This document shows positions 45,737 through 54,416 of a stretch of DNA of 64,000 nt, piece by piece. A program made the translations under genes and the position numbers. The DNA is from a bacterium. GTDB lineage: Bacteria > UBA8248. The stretch spans positions 4,000,001 to 4,064,000 of the forward strand of contig CBDBZU010000004.1 of NCBI GenBank assembly GCA_965213625.1. Reading direction: 5' to 3'. The stretch's first letter is position 1. Each line of letters begins with the position of its first letter. The notes beneath the pieces are model-generated. The model had not been told where the DNA came from, did not search any database, and worked only from the letters and a program-made list of their open reading frames with translations.

Positions 45737-46420
45737 GTGATTCGAGCGCACGTCCAGACATCCCAAAGCGAGCATAACTTACAGCGCATGCAACGCGCTT
45801 TCCGTTGGTTGGAGCGCAGCGAACAAGCCGATACGACCGAAGGGAAATTCATCTCTTTGTGGATCGCCTTCAACGCGGCCTACGGGGCCGAGGTGAACGA
45901 CACTCTGGAAAATCAACCCACCGAGAACCTGAAAATCAGGAACTTTCTGCGCGAAATACTCAAGCGCGACGCGAATAAAGAGATAGAACACATTCTGCTG
46001 GAGAAGCATACCGGCGCGGTTCGGGTTCTTCTGGAGGATCAGTTCGTGTTCAAACTCTTCTGGCGATGGGTGCGGGACCCTTCGAGGGCGTACAACTGGC
46101 GCAAGAGGTACGAGTCCAATGGAGCCAGAATCAAGAACGCTCTGGAGAAGAGAAACGTACAAGCCGTTTGCGGAGAAGTATTCCGGCGGTTGTATGAATT
46201 GCGCAACCAGGTCTTCCACGGGGGCGTGAATTTCGCCGAAGTATGGGTTCAGACGCTGCTCAGAGACGGCACGCGCATCATCGCCGACGTCGTTCCGGTA
46301 ATTCTCGACATCATGCAGGCCGACATCGACGCGAACCCGGAAACGCCGGTCTGGGGACAGGTCGCCTACCCGCGAATCCACAACCACGAGCGTCGAAAAC
46401 CACAGGGGGAGCGTTCATGA
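45737..46420 (+). CDS. HEPN domain RNase (Apea-like), copy 2
   Basis: RAFRWL, FISLWIAFNAAYG, RLYELRNQVFHGG, WGQVAYP. Probable GTG start after AGGGGG (track start 45572). Confidence 0.87.
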   Translation: MIRAHVQTSQSEHNLQRMQRAFRWLERSEQADTTEGKFISLWIAFNAAYGAEVNDTLENQPTENLKIRNFLREILKRDANKEIEHILLEKHTGAVRVLLEDQFVFKLFWRWVRDPSRAYNWRKRYESNGARIKNALEKRNVQAVCGEVFRRLYELRNQVFHGGVNFAEVWVQTLLRDGTRIIADVVPVILDIMQADIDANPETPVWGQVAYPRIHNHERRKPQGERS

Positions 46421-46426
46421 GCGCTC
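46408..46426 (+). repeat. 19-bp near-palindromic direct repeat, copy 2
   Basis: GGAGCGTTCATGAGCGCTC; contains the HEPN-2 stop codon. Confidence 0.8.
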
Positions 46427-46644
46427 CCGGGAATCGCACTCGTGGAGCCGTGGCCATGCAGAGCATCCCTCTCGCGGCGAGCCGAGCTGGTGCGTCTTGT
46501 ACTGCCGCAGGCCGGCGCACCGGAGTTTCGCGGCTGAAAACAGAAGCGGCTCAAGACCCGCGCCTGCGATATTGCGAAAAATATATTGACATACCTCTTG
46601 CATCAAGATTCAGATTCCGCCCCAATATCGGGGGATGTGCCTTA

Positions 46645-46684
46645 TTAACAAACAGCAAAAATTGTTAATAAACAGCAAAAATTG
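46645..46684 (+). repeat. 20-bp tandem direct repeat in AT-rich promoter region
   Basis: TTAACAAACAGCAAAAATTG / TTAATAAACAGCAAAAATTG; TTGACA at 46586. Confidence 0.75.
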
Positions 46685-47311
46685 TGGTAAACTGAAATAA
46701 ATAGTGAACCAGATCGTTGTAATTTAGCCATTAAATTTGCGAGGAAATTTAGACGCCATTTCGGTAGCTTCTACTCATCGCTTCGATCCAGCGAGACTCA
46801 ATGAGTAGACGGACGAATCTTCTGCAGAAGAAATTACTCTTCATCTCACCGGAGAATCGTGGATGCTCCGAATTGCATTAAGAGACCATGATGCCTCTAC
46901 AAATCCCATCTGCATACTTACAAGGCTACGAGAAAAAGGCGCGCGACCACGATCCCGACCTGGCGGACCTCTACATCCGGCACACCACTATCGGCGATCC
47001 CCTCCTGGACCCGATCATGGAGGAGATATCCTCCCTGCCCGCCTATGAACTCCATGCGTTCGTCGAGGCGGGCATCGAGCAGCATGACGCCGTTCTGCGG
47101 GACGCCCCGCAACCCCTGCGCGATTTCTTCTGGAACTTCGAAGAACCCGCCTGGCTCGACCACGAAGCCTTCAGGCCGGGGGTCCGCTCCTTCAACCTGA
47201 ACGTCGACCTCATGCTCGTCGCGTTCGTGACGGGGGTGCTGGTGGAGGGTTTCTCGACGCTCATCGCCAAGTCCTTCAACACGACCGGGCGGGTGGCGGC
47301 GACTCCCAGGC

Positions 47312-48697
47312 GAGTTACTGTCAAATGTTGTGTATGGCCGTCATGAGTTCAGCGGCCTCCCTGCCGGTTTCGTTTTCGTTCACCCCATCGATGAATCTCA
47401 CGTCGGTGATCACGTCCGCCAGATGACGCAGGCCGCGTAGCGGCCCCCATCGCTTCTCGGCGCTCATGGCGAGTTGATGAACGAGGCTCAGCGCCGACTT
47501 CTCGCTCAGGCAGTTCCTCGTCTTCGCCGTTCGCAGCCGGATAGTGGCGAAGGTCGACTCGATGGGGTTCGTCGTCCGGATACTCCGCCAGTGCCCCGCC
47601 GGGAAGTCGTAGAAGGAGAACAACTCATCCTCGTCCTTCGCCAGGCACTCGACGGCTTTGGGGTACTTCGCCTCCCAGGTGGCGCAGAAGCGTTCGAACG
47701 CGCCCTGCGCATGCGCGCGGGTGTCGGCCCCCCACATCTCATGGAGCATCGACTTCGCTTCGCCCTGAACGCTTTTGGGCATCTTGTCGAGAACGTTCGC
47801 CGTCTTGTGCACCCAGCAGCGCTGCGCACGGGTCTCGGGATAAACCTCCGCCAGGGCCAACCAGAACCCCAGACTCCCGTCGCCCACCGCCAGCTTCGCC
47901 GCCTTCACGCCCCGGTCACGCAGGCTCAACAGAACCGCCTGCCAGCTCTCCTTCGACTCCCTAAAGCCTGGTTCCAGGGCCACGAAGCGCTTGCGGCCAC
48001 GCGCGTCGCAGCCCACAACCACCAATAGACACCGCCGCTCCCCGCTGCGGACGTTCAAGTAGATACCGTCCGCCCATAGATATACGAACTCCTCGCCATG
48101 CCACGCCCGCTTGCGCCACGCGGCGTACTCGCGATCCCACCCCTCCTTGAGACGTGTGATGCTCGCCGGGGACAAGCCCCCCACCGATTCGCCGAACAGC
48201 GCCCGCAGCGCCTCGCCGAAGTCGTTCGTCGAGACCCCCTTGAGGTACAGCCAAGGGATCACCGCCTCCACACGATTCGTCTTCTTCAGATACGGAGGCA
48301 ACAACTCCGAGCGGAAGCGCCGGCCCGAGCCCGAACGGTCCCGCGCCCGCGGCACCTGGACCTCGACCGGGCCCACACCCGTCAATACCTCCCGCGACGG
48401 CAGATAGCCGTTGCGAACCACCGCGCGGCGGCCCTGCGCGTCTTGCTCGCCCGCATGTTCTTCCAGAAAGGCATTCAACTCCGCTTCCACCGCCTGGCGG
48501 ATGATTCGTTGCGCGCCCGCGCGCACCAAGTCGCTCAACTCGTCACGGAACGCTGGACTTACAAAGGGTATCGTCTTATCTTCTCTCATGGTGGCGCATC
48601 TCCTTGTGCTGAATGACCGGGCTCTTTGACAAACCCATTTCAGCAGGATGCGCCGCCTTTTTCAATTCAGCTCATACACAACATCTGACAGTAACTC
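47312..48697 (-). mobile_element. IS256-family insertion sequence (1386 bp)
   Basis: 25-bp terminal IRs GAGTTACTGTCA(A/G)ATGTTGTGTATG with one mismatch; 9-bp target duplication CTCCCAGGC at 47303-47311 and 48698-48706. Confidence 0.95.
47321..48589 (-). CDS. IS256-family DDE transposase
   Basis: RNGY, VPRAR, LYLKGVST, YLWADG, VGDG, QRCWVHK, TTNPIES. Confidence 0.96.
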   Translation of the reverse strand: MREDKTIPFVSPAFRDELSDLVRAGAQRIIRQAVEAELNAFLEEHAGEQDAQGRRAVVRNGYLPSREVLTGVGPVEVQVPRARDRSGSGRRFRSELLPPYLKKTNRVEAVIPWLYLKGVSTNDFGEALRALFGESVGGLSPASITRLKEGWDREYAAWRKRAWHGEEFVYLWADGIYLNVRSGERRCLLVVVGCDARGRKRFVALEPGFRESKESWQAVLLSLRDRGVKAAKLAVGDGSLGFWLALAEVYPETRAQRCWVHKTANVLDKMPKSVQGEAKSMLHEMWGADTRAHAQGAFERFCATWEAKYPKAVECLAKDEDELFSFYDFPAGHWRSIRTTNPIESTFATIRLRTAKTRNCLSEKSALSLVHQLAMSAEKRWGPLRGLRHLADVITDVRFIDGVNENETGREAAELMTAIHNI

Positions 48698-49497
48698 CTC
48701 CCAGGCGCCTCATGCAGAACAACCGTCAGTTGATGGAGATATTCTTCCCGGGCGGCCTGTTGAGAAACGGCGACGGCTGGAAGCTCTCCACGCGCGTCCG
48801 GTTCGTGCACGCGCGCATCAGGAGCCTGCTGGCGAAATCAGGCGAATGGGACTTTGAAGCCTGGGGCACGCCGCTCAGCGCGGCGAACTTGGGGTTAGCC
48901 ATCGCCATCTTCTCAATGCAGCTGCTGAGGTACTCCAAACTCGTGGGAACGCGCTTCAGCACCGAGGAGCAAGAGAGCGTTCTCGCCGTCTGGCGATACG
49001 CGGGCTATCTCATGGGAATACCCGAAACCATTCTCTACACCGACGGGGCGGATGCGGAGAGAAAATACAACATCGCCTATATGTGCGAACCTCCGCCGGG
49101 TGAAGATTCGGTGGCCATGTCGAATACGCTGATCAAGGCCATCGCGCCGGTTGCGGGCGTAACGGACTCGAAGGAGCAAAAGGATTTGACGGATCTGGCC
49201 TACCGCCTTTCCACGGCGTTGATAGGAAAAGAACTCGCGGGTCATTTCCAGTATCCGAAGCTCTCCCGCCTGTCCACGACGCTGACGCTCCACAGTTTCC
49301 GGGTGAAACAACGCCTCCTGCGCTTTCTGAATAGCAAACAAATCGTCAAATCCCAGAATTTTTCGCAGCTTCTCCAGATTTCGGTATACGACGAGGGCGG
49401 CATCAGCTACCGCATGCCCGACCACATCAAATCGTCGGAATCGAGCAAGTGGTAAGCGATGTCCGCACCCGACCCGTGATGCCGAGGTGATACGTAC

Positions 49498-51783
49498 GTG
49501 AAACTAGACCGCTATATCGACGCCGTTTTGCGCCGCCGCTGGCTGGTCGTCGCGCTGGCCATGCTGATCCTGCTGATCGCTGGGGCCGGCGGGCGCTTCA
49601 TCACCGTTGCGAACGATTACCGCATTCTGTTCAAAAAGGACAACCCCTATCTCCTTGCATTCGAAGCGCTGGAGAGAACCTTCTCCACCTCCGACAACGC
49701 GCTCATCGCCGTTGCGCCGAGAGGGGGCTCGGTGTTCACCAAAGAGGCGCTCGGCGCGCTCGAGGAGTTGACCGAAGCCGCATGGAAAACGCCGCATTCG
49801 AGCCGGGTCGACTCCCTCACGAACTACAACCACAGCCGGGCGGAAGGGGACGATTTAATCGTCGAGCCGCTCGTCGACGACGCGAGCGCGCTGACCAACG
49901 CAGACATAGCGCGAATCAAGAAGACCGCGCTGGGCGAAAGTGAAATTGTCGGTCGCCTCGTCTCCCGCGACGGACGCGTGGGCGGAGTGGCGATTACTTT
50001 CGTCTTGCCGAAAAACAAGGACGCAGGCGTAGTCGAGATAACCGATTACCTGAACGCCGTATTGAAGAAGGCCCGCGCGAAATACCCGGACATGAGCTAT
50101 TACATGACCGGCACGACCGTCATCAACCGGTCATTCCAGGATGCCCCGAAGGACGACTTGAGCACCTTGTTCCCGCTCGTGTTTCTCGTCATCGTGATTT
50201 TCACGATTATTCTCTTGCGCTCGGTGCTGGGCGCGTTAGCGATTATCGTCTGTCTCCTGTTTCCCATCATCACCACCATGGAGATAGCCGGCTGGCTCGG
50301 CGCAGTGTTCAGCCCCACAAACTCCGGGGTACCGATCATCATCATGGTGATAGCCATCGCGGACGCGGTTCACATTGTCTCGAACACGCTCCTGGAGATG
50401 AGACGCGGCCTGGAGAAAAATGCGGCGATTGCGGAATCCCTCCGCCACAATGCCTGGCCGGTATTTCTGACCTCACTCACGACGGCGATCGGCTTCCTGA
50501 GCCTGAATTCTTCGGATTCACCGCCCTTTCAAGTCCTGGGCAATTTCGTGGCGCTCGGCGTAGTGTGGGCCTACCTTTATTCCATGACGCTGCTGCCGGC
50601 GCTTCTTTCCATTCTGCCGCTGCGCGCATCGAGTGCGCGCGCGCAAGAAACCACCTTCTTCGAGCGCTTCGCCGAGTTCGTCATTGCGCGGCGCAAGCCC
50701 CTGCTCGTGGTTCTCTCCGTGGGGGTAGTCTTCCTCCTCGCAGGCATTCCCCGAATCGAGCTTGGCGATAACCTGACGAAATTTTTCGACGAAAGCTACC
50801 AGGTCCGTCGCGATTCGGATTACATCTCCAAGAACCTGACCGGCCTCGACAAGCTGGAGTATTCCCTGAATGCGGGGCGCGAGGGCGGCATCACCGACCC
50901 TAGGTATCTACGCAAGGTCGAGGCCTTCGCCGATTGGTACCGCAAGCAGCCGAACGTCAGCCACGTCCAGGCGTTTTCGGACATCATGAAGCGCCTGAAC
51001 AAGAACATGCACGGCGACGACCCGGCGTTTTACAGGATACCTCGGGACCCCAGGCTCGCCGCGCAATATCTACTGCTCTATGAGTTCTCCCTCCCCTTCG
51101 GCATGGACTTGAACGACCGCATCGACGTCGCCAAATCCAGAACCCGCATGAGCGTCACGATTGAGGATGCAACGTCCCGGGACCTCAATGAAATCTCTCA
51201 GCGCGCACAGGTCTGGCTGCGCGCCAATGAATCCGAATTCACGAAGGAGGCAACCGGCCTGAGCGTCATCGTAGCGCATATGACGCAGCGGAATCTCGAG
51301 AGCATGCTGAGCGGAACGATCATCGCCATGGCCCTCATCTCCTTGATTCTGGCGCTGGTTTTCAAAAGTGTGCGTTTCGGCCTCATCAGCCTCGTGCCCA
51401 ACTTCCTCCCCGCCCTCATGACATTCGGCCTGTGGGGACACCTCATGGGCCAGTTGGGCATCGTCTCCTCGGTGGTACTCGCCGTTACCTTCGGGATCAT
51501 CGTGGACGACACGATTTACTTCATGTGCGAATACCTGAAGGCGCGGCGCGAAGAGGACCTCACGCCGTTCGAGTCCGTGCGCCACGCCTTTCGCACCGTG
51601 GGCCACGCATTATGGACGACGACCGTTGTCCTCTCGGCGGGCTTTATGGTCTTCACCGCCTCGGGATTCGAACTCAGTTGGGTGCTCGGACTTCTGGTGA
51701 CAATCACGATCATTTTCGCTTTGCTTGGCGATTTCCTGCTTCTGCCCATTCTGCTGATCGTCATCGACAGGAGGACTCGATAA
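49498..51783 (+). CDS. MMPL/RND family transporter
   Basis: Two repeated halves with IADAVH and IIVDDTIYF motifs; TSLTTAIGF; large periplasmic loops. Confidence 0.9.
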   Translation: MKLDRYIDAVLRRRWLVVALAMLILLIAGAGGRFITVANDYRILFKKDNPYLLAFEALERTFSTSDNALIAVAPRGGSVFTKEALGALEELTEAAWKTPHSSRVDSLTNYNHSRAEGDDLIVEPLVDDASALTNADIARIKKTALGESEIVGRLVSRDGRVGGVAITFVLPKNKDAGVVEITDYLNAVLKKARAKYPDMSYYMTGTTVINRSFQDAPKDDLSTLFPLVFLVIVIFTIILLRSVLGALAIIVCLLFPIITTMEIAGWLGAVFSPTNSGVPIIIMVIAIADAVHIVSNTLLEMRRGLEKNAAIAESLRHNAWPVFLTSLTTAIGFLSLNSSDSPPFQVLGNFVALGVVWAYLYSMTLLPALLSILPLRASSARAQETTFFERFAEFVIARRKPLLVVLSVGVVFLLAGIPRIELGDNLTKFFDESYQVRRDSDYISKNLTGLDKLEYSLNAGREGGITDPRYLRKVEAFADWYRKQPNVSHVQAFSDIMKRLNKNMHGDDPAFYRIPRDPRLAAQYLLLYEFSLPFGMDLNDRIDVAKSRTRMSVTIEDATSRDLNEISQRAQVWLRANESEFTKEATGLSVIVAHMTQRNLESMLSGTIIAMALISLILALVFKSVRFGLISLVPNFLPALMTFGLWGHLMGQLGIVSSVVLAVTFGIIVDDTIYFMCEYLKARREEDLTPFESVRHAFRTVGHALWTTTVVLSAGFMVFTASGFELSWVLGLLVTITIIFALLGDFLLLPILLIVIDRRTR

Positions 51784-51844
51784 CACATCTTCGACGTGAG
51801 AGAACTCAAACATGCCGCAATCGACACAAAGAGATAACAATAAT

Positions 51845-53221
51845 ATGAAAAGTGTAATCATCATTGGAGGGGGAACATCCGGGCTGTGCGCCGCCTACAC
51901 CCTCAAGAAAAACGGGATCAGAGCCACCGTACTCGAAGCAGGCGACAGGGTAGGCGGACGGCTGGGCGGCGACAGGGTGGACGGCTTTCTGCTGGATGAG
52001 GGCGCGGACTTTTTCACCGCTTCCCACGACGTAGCCTTGCGCTTGTGCGAGGAGTTGGGATTGCCCCTGGTTCGTTCGATGATGAAGCTCGGCTGGTATA
52101 AGAATGGCCGCTTCTTCACTACTACGCCGGAGCAAACATTGGCCGGCGTTATCAGCAACCTGCCGGCGCTGTGGAATCTGGGGTTAATCTCACCCCGGGC
52201 GATCCGGTCGAGCATGAAGATGTCCAAGACCATCAAGAATCAGCCGGAGCACCTGAGTTTCGCGAGCAACTCGAGGGTCGCCGAGATTGATAATGAGGAG
52301 AGCGCCACCGACTACATGAAGAAAATCGGCGTGCCGGAGGATATGCGTCTGGCCTTGCGGGGACTCCTCGAGATGACGATGGGTGAGCTGGATGAAATGA
52401 GCGCCGCGTTCGCCCTGACGTTCATGGCGCAAATTTTGATGAAGACCGATGAGCTGTACGTGCCGGAGAAAGGCATCGGTTCCCTGACCCACGCCCTGGC
52501 CGACGCCTGTGGAGCCGACATTCGCGTCTCGACGCCCGTCCAGCGCGTCGTCATCCAAAACGGCGCTGTGACCAGCGTGGTCGTGGATGACGGGCCCATG
52601 GAGGCAGACGCCGTCATCTGCACCACTTCCACCTCGACGACCCTGAAGATAATTCCCGACCTGCCGGACGCAGTTCAACGCGTGTTCCGCAAGGTAAAGT
52701 ACGCGCGCGGGTGCCGGGTGGTTATCGGACTCGACCATCGACCGCTTCCCCCCGGCTGGAACGGCGTGTTGTACCCCGAAGACGAAACGCCCCTGCTGCT
52801 GGACAGATCCATCAACCTGCCCGCCTGTGCGCCGCCGGGCAAGAGCACTCTCGACCTGCTCGTCGGCCGCGACCGCGCCGAGGAATTGTTTCCCCTCGAC
52901 GATGAGGAGATCAAGCGCCGGATGCTCGCCGACGTGCGCCGTCATCCCCTCCCCCCGGGGAGCAACCTCCCCGGCGACGATGATGGGCTGTTCACCCGCG
53001 TGTACCGCTGGCCGGAGGCCCTGTGCATCGGGCCACCCGGGATTTTGAGAGAGATTGCGGAATTGCGACGACAAAACAGCTTGAACGTGAAGAACCTTTT
53101 TCTTGCGGGCGATTGCATGCGGATGCCCTCGGTGAACGGCGCCCTGGCAAGCGGCGAGGACGCGGCCGAAGAGGTTGTGGCGTTGCTGGCGTCCCGTTCC
53201 GCACAAGCAGCCGACGCCTGA
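51845..53221 (+). CDS. FAD-dependent oxidoreductase (HemY/CrtI/amine oxidase superfamily)
   Basis: IIGGGTSGLCAA...LEAGDRVGGR, DEGA, FLAGD...VNGALASG. Confidence 0.88.
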   Translation: MKSVIIIGGGTSGLCAAYTLKKNGIRATVLEAGDRVGGRLGGDRVDGFLLDEGADFFTASHDVALRLCEELGLPLVRSMMKLGWYKNGRFFTTTPEQTLAGVISNLPALWNLGLISPRAIRSSMKMSKTIKNQPEHLSFASNSRVAEIDNEESATDYMKKIGVPEDMRLALRGLLEMTMGELDEMSAAFALTFMAQILMKTDELYVPEKGIGSLTHALADACGADIRVSTPVQRVVIQNGAVTSVVVDDGPMEADAVICTTSTSTTLKIIPDLPDAVQRVFRKVKYARGCRVVIGLDHRPLPPGWNGVLYPEDETPLLLDRSINLPACAPPGKSTLDLLVGRDRAEELFPLDDEEIKRRMLADVRRHPLPPGSNLPGDDDGLFTRVYRWPEALCIGPPGILREIAELRRQNSLNVKNLFLAGDCMRMPSVNGALASGEDAAEEVVALLASRSAQAADA

Positions 53222-53361
53222 TTCTTATTGGTCTCATATCGACGAGAGGGAATTATAGTGCGCGCTCTTCTCGCCCGGGATACATCGGATGTCAAGTCCA
53301 CGCTCTTTTTGCTGATCATCCAAGGACATCTTTTTCACGTTCCAAAGAAAGAGGAGACATC

Positions 53362-54213
53362 ATGCGTCAATGCATTTCCATTGGGCTGAGTATCGTCATC
53401 GCCGCGATCTTGTCGGGCTGCGGCGGTAGTGGTGGCGGCAGCGGCAGTAGCGGCGGCGACGTGACGGCGCCTGTTTCGATGGAACAGGAAATTCATAATC
53501 GAATCGGCGAGATAGGAATGAAAGCTACCCGGATAATCAGCACGGATCTGGTGGTGACCGCCAGCCCGATACCATTACCGGCCGAGCGCTTCCCGGTAGT
53601 GTGCGCTGAGGATAGCTGCACCGCAATGCTGCCGACCGGTCCACTGCATTACAACACCGTGGAGGCCACCACTTTCACATCGGAGCAGGATTCGAAAACC
53701 ATTGGAACACGAAACGGCGTCAATCTGAGAGAAACGGTAGGGGGTGATGAAGCGTTTGACGTGATTGATTTCCGGGGGCTGAGCGGATGGTTGGAATATA
53801 GTGTTTTCAGCGCAGACCGGAGCACATTCACCGGCGGCATCCGGTGGATTGGAGGCGCATCGGCCGGACTGCACAGCGGCACGAATCCGGTGTCGGGATC
53901 TTTCACGTGGACGGGCGCCATGTCCGGCCTCGATAAGCTGGCCGACGAAGACCCGCTCATCGGAGACGCCACGATTACATTCGATATGGCGCGCCAGGTC
54001 CTCGACCTGGCTTTCACCAATATCGCCACCCTTGATGACGGCCGAAAATACGACGACATGAACTGGAATGACGTGCAGGTCACGGATGGTCATTTCAGCG
54101 AGGGAGCCGATACGGATTCATTATCCGGATATTTCTTTGGCCCGAACCATGAAGAAGTGAGCGGCGTTTTCGAGCGAAGGCATATTGTCGGCGCGTTCGG
54201 CGCGAACCGATAA
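53362..54213 (+). CDS. Lipoprotein with TbpB-like C-terminal beta-barrel
   Basis: Lipobox LSGC, Gly/Ser linker, TWTGAMSG...GYFFGPNHEEVSGVF...VGAFGANR; GAGGAG RBS. Confidence 0.8.
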   Translation: MRQCISIGLSIVIAAILSGCGGSGGGSGSSGGDVTAPVSMEQEIHNRIGEIGMKATRIISTDLVVTASPIPLPAERFPVVCAEDSCTAMLPTGPLHYNTVEATTFTSEQDSKTIGTRNGVNLRETVGGDEAFDVIDFRGLSGWLEYSVFSADRSTFTGGIRWIGGASAGLHSGTNPVSGSFTWTGAMSGLDKLADEDPLIGDATITFDMARQVLDLAFTNIATLDDGRKYDDMNWNDVQVTDGHFSEGADTDSLSGYFFGPNHEEVSGVFERRHIVGAFGANR

Positions 54214-54416
54214 AAGGGATCAATGACCGTCGGTCCATGCTGCCTGGGAGCGAGCGTCTTGAGGCGCGTTCCCATGCTCTGTCTGTTTTCACGTTCATCT
54301 ACTTTGCGCCGGTGAGGGGTTGAAGGAGACTCGACTTGAAAGAAACCAAGGTTCGCATGAACACTCTTTTGGAAACCTCCGTATTCTGGAATCTCTTCTC
54401 CAGAGCGAGAGCCACG

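Larger units (their letters stand above)
46888..49455 (+). pseudogene. MpaB/Lcp-like (DUF2236-type) heme oxygenase interrupted by IS256
   Basis: Removing the IS and one target duplication restores ...VAATPR|RLMQNNRQ..., a 390-aa ORF with GDPLLD, PAWLD, RVRFVHARIR, WGTP and WRYAGYLMGI. Confidence 0.88.

Noticed and set aside
46645-46700. Possible CRISPR array (also the repeats at 62737-62801)
   Set aside because: Only two adjacent units, no unique spacers of CRISPR length, and no cas genes.
46801-46881. 26-codon ORF upstream of the oxygenase (leader peptide?)
   Set aside because: Weak RBS, no telling codon run and no attenuator structure.
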